Shown here: piece after piece, positions 50,611-60,885 of the stretch | Position numbering within the stretch: the first letter of the stretch is position 1 | How the letters are laid out: each line of letters starts with the position of its first letter | From: Eukaryota sp. TZLM1-RC | Taxonomy: Eukaryota > Protista > Metamonada: BaSk clade | DNA: 64,000 bases | Direction of reading: 5' to 3' | NCBI GenBank assembly: GCA_040285825.1 | Contig: JAUPSS010000012.1 | Location: 434,001-498,000, forward strand | Notes under the pieces: model-generated | Seen by the model: only the letters and a program-made list of their open reading frames with translations | What the model was told of the DNA's origin: nothing | Database searches by the model: none | Translations under genes and position numbers: made by a program

Positions 50611-50889
50611 CAATTTTAGTTAGGGTTTTACTGATAATGTAAATGGCTTCTGCTATGAGAATTAGGTCGGATTAGGTCGGAATATAGTATGAATTTCTGG
50701 ACTGTGATGGGATTTGGTAGAATGAGAAATATGGTCATGACTGTTTGTATCGGAGGATGAGGAGAACCCTCCTTCGGACATAATGTTTGTGTTGAAACTA
50801 AACACCTTTATTCAAATAAATTTACCACTCATTTTGTAGTGGAAAACAAGGTCACAAACCTAATCTTAATAAACAAGACAATTTTGTAA

Positions 50890-51090
50890 TATTATAAAAG
50901 TCGACAAGCAGTTTCATGGGGTTTGAGGCAGTGTAATCAATGCAAAACGTTCTGGAATCGAGATACCAATTATGCTCTAGATATTCTGATGTTGGCTGAA
51001 CACATTCTGGATGGAAGAGAGAGAGATCAGAGGTGTTTAAGAAACAACAGTATCAAACCAAAGTTATTGAACCTACTGATGACAGTTTAA
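50890..51090 (+). pseudogene. Fanzor1-like C-terminal remnant
   Basis: Open frame reads SWGLRQCNQCKTFWNRDTNYALDILMLAEHILDGRER (Zn-ribbon plus RuvC-III WNRD.N motif). Confidence 0.75.
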
Positions 51091-51746
51091 AGGCTGCTGG
51101 AAAGGGTACTGAAGGTGCTGGTATACCTATGAGTCCGATGCAACAACCTGATCTCAATACATTATCACCAGTAGCGAAAGCGAAAGTTGAAGAACAATGT
51201 ATAGTTTTGAAGTAACTTAAGAAATCAAGCTTTTGTCTATTTAGGTTGGTTCTTAGGAGAAAGGCCAAGAGCGAATGTGGTTAGCGAACTATTGTTAGTT
51301 AGCAACGCGACAATTGTAGGTGTAAGGGAGTCAGAAATGTTGTTTTCGCTGACGTTGTCAAGTCTTTACATCGGAGAAGATAGAGTTGGTGTAAGAGAGA
51401 AGTTGTGAATGTTGTCCTGTCAAGAGTCATTGTTAGGTTCAGTGGTTTCTATTTAAAGATAAAAGAAGTGTCAAGTTGATCAGATTATGAAAAAAAAACT
51501 TTATGCGAACTCATTGAAACAACACGTTCTTTTGATTGAATATGCTACTGTTATCACCGAGAAAACTCCTTCAACTGTAACCTTTTCACGAAAGAAAATA
51601 GTTTCGGCAGCTTAAATATCACGTATTATAGTGTTTAATTATCATTTTGCTCAGGCTTTGTATTTGTATAGATGTAAGAAGTTGTGAATAAATCAAACTT
51701 TTATTGTTGACTGTCTGATCTTTTCTCGACTGACATATTCACCCCA

Positions 51747-52512
51747 ATGGCAAATACAGAGTTGCCACGTCGAGGGCGTGTACTCCCCTGGGAGGTTAAC
51801 CGTCGTGAGCAACCCATAAACGACAGCAAGACGACAGTTCCAGCAAGTGCTGCTCAGTTCTTCTCTACTGCAGCTCTTGTTTCAATGGAAAGACAGTTTT
51901 GCTATATTCGCACTGTCACTGTGCTTACTGCCCGGTTAGCACAGCTGTTCGTCCTACAATATTCGGAAATGGCTTTCTGGTTATATCAACAACAGTTTTG
52001 GTATCAATGTCAAGACTTTGTAATGGTACCTCATCCGACTGTGAGACGCCCATTCGAGAATCATATGGAAGTGTACCGCGCACTCTATGATGTCTCTTTC
52101 CGACCTGGCTGGCCGTTTCCTCCTATTGGCTTTCAGAAGGGAACCGACAACTGGTGCCACTCTGACATTAGAAGCTTTCGCGCACTGCAATTGGCGAACA
52201 GCTTTTGTCAAATACTTACTGATGGCCCTGTCTCCTGGAAGCTGAACTTCCTATTTATTCAGCAGGTTGCCGACCCTCATCGTTTTGACGCTATGTTGAT
52301 GCTGGACAATGTTGATCTCAGTCCAGACAACATCACCTTCTTATTCACTGCTGGGCTAAATATTTTATCCTTTCTGGAAAATATTGCATCTGACACCATG
52401 CGAAGAAATGCAGTGTCCCCATCCCCCAGTTATTCTTCTGGCTTTATCTCTTTTAGTCAAAAACTGGAAAAGCATTTTCTCTCTTTTAATGCCAACCACT
52501 GTCTGCTGAAAG
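51747..52512 (+). pseudogene. Fanzor1-like RNA-guided nuclease, 5' part (WED/REC), interrupted by LTR element B
   Basis: After removing element B and one AAAG TSD copy, the frame continues AAA G|AT CCG (HCLLK-DPFAFF). Confidence 0.8.
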
Positions 52513-52666
52513 TGTTAGCTGGAGCTAAACGTGACTTTCCCTTTTAGGAAAGAAGATCACGTCATCCTTAGTCTAAATTCTAGTTTTGTTTTATTTTTGT
52601 TTGATTTTCTTATATTCTGTTCATAAACTTCCGTAATTGTTTATGTTAAGTGCACGTAAAGCAACA
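52513..52666 (+). repeat. 5' LTR of element B
   Basis: 152/154 identical to 59564-59717. Confidence 0.97.
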
Positions 52667-54545
52667 GTAATTACTGGAGCCCGTAAGGAATCCAACCTGT
52701 CTCATGTCCCCGTCCAGAATTCCGCGAACCTGATTGCTCCATATTTGAATCATACCGGTAGAGAGTCCGTCTCCCGATATGTAGAAGCATTGAAGGTTTA
52801 CGCTCAGCGTATGTCTTGCCATGTCATGTCAGACATGACAAGATACCCTCCTGACGCTAACTCCCAGTCCTCATCCGCCAAAGAAGTTACCCGCTCCCCC
52901 TCCGCTCCCGACACTGACCCTACCATCTCCGCCATGTCTAAGGAGATAGAAGACTTGAGAAGCAGACTCTCCCAAGTCTCTTCTCAGTCCCAAGTTTTCG
53001 GTGAAGCCTCCGACTCTGACACTGAGCCCATTCAAGCCAATAAGTGCTCTACCCCCGTTTCCTCTTGTCCTCTCAATGATCCCGCTGAAGGCGCTGACCC
53101 TTTCCCATCTGATTCTCCGAACCACTCCGGATTAGCTTCGTATGAACTCCGTAGCAGCACTGAAGAAGACCGCCTCTTCGAAGCCATGTTACCTTATGTC
53201 CCGTATACTATTGCTCCAATTGTCTTGGAAACGTTCGAAATCTGCCATGGTATATATCCTAGAAGTCCCTCTGCTATCCTGACTCATCTCATGTCTATGT
53301 GCCAGTTCGAAGACCCTGCTAGTGTGTACCAACGATTCCAGTCCCTCCGTCTCTCTCTCCGCTCCAACAGTTGATGAAGCTGTCACATCTTATATCTCTC
53401 AGTTCCTCAAACTAGTCCGACTCTGTCCTTCTCCTCTTCCTGAATCTGCAAGGATGAAGTTTTTCTCTAACGGAATCCGCCCCGACAAACTCAAGATGGT
53501 GATCAAGACTGACATTGAAGTTGGAACCATCTTCAGCTTCGCCTCTCTCGTTTCCCACCTCCGTGAACTCCTCCCTGCTTACCACCTCCCCTATTCGGCC
53601 TATCATGCCAATAGAGACATTGCTCCTCCTCCTCCTAGAGACTCTCGCCCTCCTCGACGATCTTCCACTTCTCCCAGAACTACTAGACACCCTCCTCGTA
53701 ACTCTTCTTCCCATCCTGCTCCCTCTTCAGCCAAGCCACCCGCTTCCTCTCAATCTCAACGCTCTTCATATTCTACTCCTGCTCATAGCTCTTCCGTGAC
53801 CTGCTTCTACTGCAAAGAACCAGGCCATGTAATCAAAGATTGCCCCAAGTCCGGATGCAAAGCCAGCCAGAAGCCTCGTCGACGCCCTCTCGGAAAGAAA
53901 CCATCCCTTCAAAGGAAGCACTTCACCAGAAGAAGTGTAAACCAAGTAACTCATGCTGCCCATGATAACCGCCCTGACTCCGTAAACTTCATTATCGATT
54001 CAATTCAAGAAGCTATTCAAGAAGATCACCAAATAGATGCTACTTATCTTCATGGTTTGAGCTCCTCCTCTTTTTCCTCTGACAATGAGCCGTATAGAGC
54101 CACCTTGAATCCATTTTCTACAATAAACCATAGTACTTACTCTTCCTCTCTACATCAACACCCTGCTATGGTATATCAGCAAGCCGAAGATTTTTAACAC
54201 CTCTTCAACAATCTTGAATCTTTTACCTCTGCCCTAGCTTCACGAGACAACGCCCTTATCTCTCCCTATCCGTCATTCTCTGATTCTGGATTGGACTCTT
54301 CCTCTGACTCTCTGTCCGAAGCGTCCGAAGTAGTTTCTAAGGTAGACTCTAATAGCCATATGGTACCGCCAGGCAACGCTCCTTCCCGCCAAAATGGTTC
54401 TTTGCTGTTGGAAGCTAGTCCCGACCTCAGCTCTGAACCAGGGATGATCGACGCAGACTGTGCTCGTCACCACGGTGGAGTAACGCGTGGACCTTTAGAA
54501 TCTCACCTTAAGAACTCTTCAAAGCCAAAGACTCAGAGTCCTTAG
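52643..54545 (+). pseudogene. Gag of element B (frameshift in a CT run near 53350; TAA at 54195)
   Basis: KFFSNGIRP and CFYCKEPGHVIKDC; the frame stays open past 54197 to 54545. Confidence 0.8.
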
Positions 54546-54610
54546 GAACTGCTCCTGCCCAGAGTTTTGAACCGTTTGTCTCCTTATCACCCCAGGAACT
54601 CAATAAGCCC

Positions 54611-57600
54611 TTGGATAAGAAGCTCCCCCATCTCAAGATCTTTGTTGATTCTCAGACTATGCTCAATGGAATGGTAGACACTGGTGCTACCGTATCTTGC
54701 ATTTCTCATGACCTTCTGAAGCAAGCTAAGCTGAAGCTTACCTCTAAGACTCTAGAAGTTGGTTTAGCTGATAAAACCAAGCTCTCCTGCCCCCTTGTCT
54801 CTGGAAAACTCGCTTTTGCCCTAGGTGGTGCTACTAAGCTCACCTATGTGAATGTAACTCTGGCTGTCTTGCCCTGCTCAAACTCCTGCATTATAGGATG
54901 CGACTTATTAAGAAAGCTCGGCATTCTGACCTCCGATTATTTGTTCTTGAACCTCTCTGCCAGGAACCTGCAAATTCTCGAAGACGAAGCCATACCTGAC
55001 CAGTACATACCACCTTCTGACCAAGTTTCCTCCGTTTCTTCTCTCCCTGATCTAGACAAAGCCTCATTCAAGCTGAATGATCCAGAATTAGAAAGCTCTG
55101 TTCGATCCCTCTTGTTCAAATATCCAGAAATCTTCTCGAAGCTCCCTGACCCCCAAGGAATTGACTGCCCTCCCATGCGAATACCGTTTCATGATGAGTC
55201 CAAGATAGTAAGCAAGAAGTTTCGCTATCTCCCTCCTGATAAGCTAAAGGTAGCCAACGAGGAATTTGACACTCTGATCAACAATGGTTTCGCTGTGCCT
55301 TATGATGGTCCCTGGAGCTCCCCAATCTGCCTCGTTCAACGCCCTGACAAACCCACTAGATTAACTGGCGATTACTCTGGCGCCGATGGCGTTAATGAAC
55401 TTTCCATCTCCGTCCCCGCTGACCTCCCCAGAATTTCTGATGTTTGCCAATTCCTATCCGGTAGCCACTATATTGCCACGTTAGACCTACCGAAAGCCTT
55501 TTGGCAGTTGAACTTACACCCCGATGATCAAGAGAAATCCGCCATAGCTATCCCCGGCCGCAAGATCAAATACACCCGCGCTGCTTTTGGACTGAAGAAT
55601 ATCCCCGCTATATTTCAGAACTTGATGAAGAAGGTATTTAAATCTGATGGTGTCTTCATCTACATGGACGACATCATCGTAGCCGCCTCCGATAAGAAGT
55701 CCTTCCTGACCAGACTAGAATTCATTTTCAAGCAAGCCGCCAAGTATAGAATTCGAATAGGTCTCCACAAGTGCTCGTTCCAAACCAAGGAACATCCAAT
55801 TAAAGTCCTGGGATCCATTTTTGAAAACGGCCAACGAAGAATAGACCCCTCCAAGATCGAATCCATAACCAAGCTTGCTCCTCCCTCCTCTGTCCCCGAA
55901 CTCAGATCTTTTATCGGATCTGTGAACTTTCTCCGCGATTGGTTGCCTTCCGTATCCGCTGAAATCGAACCTCTAACTGCCCTTCTCCGAAATAAGCCCA
56001 GAAGAGTACGATTAGGTCCCGCTGAACTCAAGAATTTTGAAAACATCAAGAACTTGATAACTAGTAGTTTACCCCTTGCCCTTCCTGACTCTGATAGCAA
56101 CATCCTAATCTCAACCGATGCCTCTGAAAAAGCCATTGCCGGAATAATCTGGAAAGAACTGGAACCCTCTCCTCCTGGAACTTGTCTCTCCAAGCGTAAG
56201 GTGATGCCCATCTCATTCTACTCCAGAATCTTGACCTCCTCCCAGCAACGTTGGTCTACTCTCCAGAAAGAGTTTTTTGCTATTGTAATGACTCTCAACC
56301 AACCCAACTTGTCGTCTTTCCTACTCACCAGACACTTGACAATCTTTTGTGATCACAAGAACCTTTCGTATTTATTTAGCTGTCCCGACTCGAACCGCGT
56401 AGTACTCCGCTGGATCCCTGTACTACAATCTTTCTCGTTCGACTGCGTGCATATTGAAGGCCCCAGGAATTTTTGGGCAGACTATTTGTCCCGCGCCTCT
56501 CTACTCCCCGAAAAGAAGAAAGAGAAAAACACCAGAGATATCTGTGATAACTCCACCCCTGAACTGTGTTGCATGATGACTTATCAAGACCAGGCCAAGT
56601 CTCCTTTGTGGAACTACCTAAATCTTGATGATCTGAGACACTTCGATACAGACCACTTATATGATATCGACTATAATACAGCTGAACGAATCATCCACCC
56701 TTCCGCTCTCCGCTCGAAGCATAGCACAATAGCTTACCTGAACTCCCTAAAGCACTTCATTCACTACAATGTGAATCCCGGAAAGTATGATCCGCTTGCG
56801 TTCTCCTCCGCCAAGTACTTTATCTTGTCTACCGACCTGCCGTTTCTATATAAGAACGTTTCCGCCCCGAAAGACTATGACTTTAGTTATCCCCTGAACA
56901 TGTTCTCTCGATATCTCACCGTTTATGATATCATCCAGCAAGCTAACTGGAATGCTCGAGTCTATTTCCATCACCCAAGGATGCCCTTTTTGGATTACCT
57001 TCCAGAAGTAGTACCCCAAAACGCTCATTTCATAGTTCTCAATCACATTCCCCCGCGTACCACCATTGGCGATCTGCTCACCGCTGTTAACATATTTCAT
57101 ATTGTTCCCCTCCCCACTCTTATGGTTCCTTTTGACCTCGATCACAATCGCTACATCTCTGACCGCTTCCTTAGCGTTATACTCCGGCCTGAAGCTAAAG
57201 AAGGTGCTTACGACTTTGAACGAAACCTATGGTTTAGAGCCACCGGAGCTAGCGAACGATATGCCTTCCATGATCTCGTCCCTCCTCGTTGTAACCCTCA
57301 GGAATGTCCTGACTCCCCTCGCTGTGACCACTACCCCTGGACTCCTGACACAGGCAAACCCAGTCCATACGGTGAACAACTTTATGATTGGAGTCTTCAT
57401 CCTCGGTTCCACAAATATTCTGATTTACCTTGCTGCAACGTACCAATCAGACCCCTCTACCCTGACTCAAACTACCGAATGTATTTGCTGAACCCTTGTG
57501 TAGATGTAACCACCTACATTCCTCTCTGCCTATTGAAGCCCGTCGTCCACAGAATTTATCATTATGATAACAATGAACTGACTCCTTGCCCCTTTGCCAT

Positions 57601-59569
57601 CCCCGGATTAGAACTAGTCTCTGGACACCAGGTTGATCCCAGCGACCGATCTATTCATTATTATTTAATGCCACTTGATTACTCCTCCGTAGCTGAAGCT
57701 GAATTTGACAACCCTGACCCCGACTTTATTTACGATGACTCGACTACCTGTCCCCACTTCCCAGATTTACTTGACCTATACTTTAATGGACCCATTCAAC
57801 ATCACTCAAGATTGGATTTCATTTTGCAAGACAAGCGACTCGAGATAGTCCCTCACCCCACCCGTTCCATCGCTTTCGCCCTGCCCGGATACCCTGCTGA
57901 TCAACCTAGGTATTACTTACCATCTTCCAGAAGTGAACTGCCGTCTAGATTAGAAATTTTCGAGGCTAACCCATTTATGTTTGACCATGAACGGTTTCTC
58001 AAAGAACAAAGCATGTCCCCTGCCGAGCTCATCGACATTTCCTCTGACTCATCTGACGACGTCCACATCGTCTCGGCAATCCTCTCTTCTAGTACCTCCG
58101 ATTCCTCAAGCCATGGTTTATTGTCGTCCAAACCCATCAGCTCACCGGCCGCTGCGTTCTTGAATAAAATATTCAAATCCCAACAGAAAGTTCCCGATAA
58201 CGATCCCTTGTTCGCTAACTGCCTCATCGACGCCCCGACCGGACTGAAGCTTTCCAAATCAGGAAAGATACTGGTTCCTCCATCCATGCGTTCTGAGATC
58301 CTCCTGCTTACCCATGGATCTATTGAAGCCGGTCACCCTCCTTTCGCCCAATGCTGGAAGTCCCTTCAACAATCAGATTTTCACTGGCCCAACATGCGAA
58401 ATGACCTTTTGACCCATGTCAACTCTTGTATTTCCTGCCAGAAAACTGCCCCCGTCCCCAAGACTTCGATCTCTTCCACTGGATCTCTGAATTCTGTTCG
58501 CCGCCCTTTTGAGAGCATGCACTGCGATTCTATCGGCCCTCTCTCAACTGACACTTATGGCTATAAGTACATAGTCCACTTCGTTGATGCTTTCTCTAAG
58601 TTTAGCATTCTTGTCCCAACCAAGGACCTTAAAGCCACTACTATTGTAAATGCCCTGATCTCCTCTGTCTACTCTGTTTTTGGTGCCCCTCGTTGTATTC
58701 ACTCTGATAATGGCCCTGAATTTGCCAATAAGATATTTAGCTTGTTATGTCAATTTTTGAACATCGAACACACCCAATCCCTACCCCACTACCATCAATC
58801 CAATGGCCTTGTTGAACGCCAACACCGAAGTTTCCTCCAGGTAATCCGACGTATGCTTCTTGATTTTTCAGACTACCACAATTGGTCAGACTATGTCCCT
58901 CTTTGCCAGATGGTCCTGAACTCCCAGGAAAGAAAAGCTCTGAACTCATCTCCGTATCGCCTCATTTTTGGATCTGACACCTCTCCTCGCTTGTTACCCA
59001 ATCAGCTCCTGAACTCTCTGTCCACCCACCCTCTCCCTCCTGACAAACCCGAGTTCATAGAACATCTCGTGACTCTTACTAAGAAATTATTAGTCTCATG
59101 GGAAGCTGTAGCCCCGTCCTCTGTCCCTCTCCCCGTTGATGCACCTGAGCCTCCGTACCATCCTCTGGCCAATGATCGAGTTTTTGTTCTGCGCGAGAAG
59201 CCAGACAAACTACACGGTCACTTCGTGGGCCCCTACATCGTTCTCAAAGTCCTCTCCTCTAGCTCTCTCCTGGTCCAGAACCCCGTTTCAGGTTCGTCCC
59301 TCAAGACTGCCACTCACCTAGTAAAGCCCTGCTTGTCTTCATTGCCACCTGAGATTCTTAACGCCTATGTTGCTGCTGATTCCGGTGAGTTGATCCTGGA
59401 TGCGATATTAGATATCTCTAACGAATCCGCTACCGTGCTTTGGTCTGATGGAACCACCACCGTACAGCCTGTTTCCTCCATTCGGAATACTGCAGCCTAC
59501 TCCAGATACAGCAAGCTTGCCGCCGATACTCCTAAATCCCGCCGAAAAAGAAAGAGAAGGCAGTGTTAG
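54611..59569 (+). CDS. Pol of element B (PR-RT-RH-unknown insert-IN-chromodomain-like)
   Basis: VDTGA, LDLPKAF, YMDD, TDASE...CDH, HHCC, SDNGPEF, NGLVER, GPY; frame is open from 54512. Confidence 0.95.
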   Translation: MDKKLPHLKIFVDSQTMLNGMVDTGATVSCISHDLLKQAKLKLTSKTLEVGLADKTKLSCPLVSGKLAFALGGATKLTYVNVTLAVLPCSNSCIIGCDLLRKLGILTSDYLFLNLSARNLQILEDEAIPDQYIPPSDQVSSVSSLPDLDKASFKLNDPELESSVRSLLFKYPEIFSKLPDPQGIDCPPMRIPFHDESKIVSKKFRYLPPDKLKVANEEFDTLINNGFAVPYDGPWSSPICLVQRPDKPTRLTGDYSGADGVNELSISVPADLPRISDVCQFLSGSHYIATLDLPKAFWQLNLHPDDQEKSAIAIPGRKIKYTRAAFGLKNIPAIFQNLMKKVFKSDGVFIYMDDIIVAASDKKSFLTRLEFIFKQAAKYRIRIGLHKCSFQTKEHPIKVLGSIFENGQRRIDPSKIESITKLAPPSSVPELRSFIGSVNFLRDWLPSVSAEIEPLTALLRNKPRRVRLGPAELKNFENIKNLITSSLPLALPDSDSNILISTDASEKAIAGIIWKELEPSPPGTCLSKRKVMPISFYSRILTSSQQRWSTLQKEFFAIVMTLNQPNLSSFLLTRHLTIFCDHKNLSYLFSCPDSNRVVLRWIPVLQSFSFDCVHIEGPRNFWADYLSRASLLPEKKKEKNTRDICDNSTPELCCMMTYQDQAKSPLWNYLNLDDLRHFDTDHLYDIDYNTAERIIHPSALRSKHSTIAYLNSLKHFIHYNVNPGKYDPLAFSSAKYFILSTDLPFLYKNVSAPKDYDFSYPLNMFSRYLTVYDIIQQANWNARVYFHHPRMPFLDYLPEVVPQNAHFIVLNHIPPRTTIGDLLTAVNIFHIVPLPTLMVPFDLDHNRYISDRFLSVILRPEAKEGAYDFERNLWFRATGASERYAFHDLVPPRCNPQECPDSPRCDHYPWTPDTGKPSPYGEQLYDWSLHPRFHKYSDLPCCNVPIRPLYPDSNYRMYLLNPCVDVTTYIPLCLLKPVVHRIYHYDNNELTPCPFAIPGLELVSGHQVDPSDRSIHYYLMPLDYSSVAEAEFDNPDPDFIYDDSTTCPHFPDLLDLYFNGPIQHHSRLDFILQDKRLEIVPHPTRSIAFALPGYPADQPRYYLPSSRSELPSRLEIFEANPFMFDHERFLKEQSMSPAELIDISSDSSDDVHIVSAILSSSTSDSSSHGLLSSKPISSPAAAFLNKIFKSQQKVPDNDPLFANCLIDAPTGLKLSKSGKILVPPSMRSEILLLTHGSIEAGHPPFAQCWKSLQQSDFHWPNMRNDLLTHVNSCISCQKTAPVPKTSISSTGSLNSVRRPFESMHCDSIGPLSTDTYGYKYIVHFVDAFSKFSILVPTKDLKATTIVNALISSVYSVFGAPRCIHSDNGPEFANKIFSLLCQFLNIEHTQSLPHYHQSNGLVERQHRSFLQVIRRMLLDFSDYHNWSDYVPLCQMVLNSQERKALNSSPYRLIFGSDTSPRLLPNQLLNSLSTHPLPPDKPEFIEHLVTLTKKLLVSWEAVAPSSVPLPVDAPEPPYHPLANDRVFVLREKPDKLHGHFVGPYIVLKVLSSSSLLVQNPVSGSSLKTATHLVKPCLSSLPPEILNAYVAADSGELILDAILDISNESATVLWSDGTTTVQPVSSIRNTAAYSRYSKLAADTPKSRRKRKRRQC

Positions 59570-59717
59570 CTGGAGCTAAACGTGACTTTCCCTTTTAGGA
59601 AAGAGGATCACGTCATCCTTAGTTTAAATTCTAGTTTTGTTTTATTTTTGTTTGATTTTCTTATATTCTGTTCATAAACTTCCGTAATTGTTTATGTTAA
59701 GTGCACGTAAAGCAACA
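59564..59717 (+). repeat. 3' LTR of element B
   Basis: Contains the pol stop codon (CAG TGT TAG). Confidence 0.97.
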
Positions 59718-59721
59718 AAAG

Positions 59722-60730
59722 ATCCGTTTGCCTTTTTCAGAAAAAAGAAGTATCTGACTTACACAATCAGTTCAGATGCTGTTTCAATCCGCTTCACTTT
59801 TTCCTTTGCCCCGAAAAAAGATAAGAATCGCCGGACAGCCAGAGAATTGGCAACCACCATAGCCAGTTGGGAACTCGATATACCTGCAAAGAGTCGGAAG
59901 CGAAACTCTAGACTTCAACAACAGGTCCGTCCAAGGCAACGTCGAAGAACTGACGACGCCTATGAGCCTCCGCCAGTTGATCCAATTGAATATTCATTTT
60001 GTGCAATTGATCCTAATCACAAAAATTTGTGTGGTTATTCAATTGGATCAAGAATTGATAATAACAATGTTGATCATCAACTTTCGGGCCTTGTTCTGAA
60101 TCCAAAGGCAAGGAAGATCATTCATTCACCGGTCCTGACCCATGTATCACCAATTGCTATTTTGCTAAGAATTTACACAAATATCTTAATGAAATAGCAA
60201 TGCCTTTGATGTGGGTACCGACACAGGAAGAAATCAGCAATCCCGACTTCCGTCCGAGAACTATACTAGACCAACTGCTGATAAATGGAGATCGCCGAGC
60301 CCTGCGCCGCAACAAGTTTGATTTTTTTATAAGAAGGCAAAAAAGAATAATGGGATTTATTGAAAAAATTAAACTAATGGCTAATGGAAGAAAAACCATA
60401 ATTTGGTTTGGTAGTGGAGGTGATGGGCCATCAAGACAAGCTGTGAAAACCCCAAGGAAGCGCTTTTTGAAGGAGATTCAGAAACATTTTACATATGTGA
60501 AGGCCAATGGAGATGAATTCTACACATCTGCCAAAACGAATTGCTGTAAGGTATTCAATCAAAAGTTGTATCACGATGATGGGAGGGTGAACAATGATAA
60601 GTTTGTATGCCCTCAATGTCAGACAATCTGGTCGAGGGACATCTCAGCTTCCAGAAACCAACTGGAGATTGCCATAAGTGAGCACTACCATAATGAAAGA
60701 CCTGAGGCGTTCCGGAGACCCCGTAGATAA
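59722..60730 (+). pseudogene. Fanzor1-like nuclease, 3' part (RuvC I/II/III, Zn ribbon)
   Basis: SSDAVSIRF, AIDP (D at 60009), IIWFG, GDEFYTS (E at 60515), CPQCQTIWSRD (D at 60638), ASRN and RPEAFRR; one frame change between 60074 and 60197. Confidence 0.88.
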
Positions 60731-60885
60731 GTATTTTTCCATGTATTGCGTACCTGTACGCGTATTGTGATGTTGCTGCTTTAACTATCATTTGATCGTG
60801 ATATCATACAGTGATAGAACTAAAGTATGCTTAACGTCTATCAAGATTGCATGAATTGGTCAAAAGCCAGAAGTGTGTTTTGAAC
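60731..60885 (+). ncRNA. Candidate omega-RNA scaffold of the Fanzor
   Basis: Directly 3' of the stop; hairpin GCGTAC/GTACGC (60748-60761) and long hairpin 60777-60827; position as expected for TnpB/Fanzor. Confidence 0.45.

Larger units (their letters stand above)
52513..59717 (+). mobile_element. Full-length Ty3/gypsy (chromovirus-like) LTR retrotransposon, family B
   Basis: 154-bp LTRs with 2 mismatches, TSD AAAG (52509-52512, 59718-59721), purine tract, gag and pol. Confidence 0.97.

Noticed and set aside
51500-51550. Left TIR of the Fanzor element matching 60850-60885
   Set aside because: Only patchy similarity in AT-rich DNA, and no TSD found.
54541-54547. Ty1-like +1 frameshift site CTTAGGA
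   Set aside because: CTT is not in the gag frame, and its own frame has a stop at 54496.
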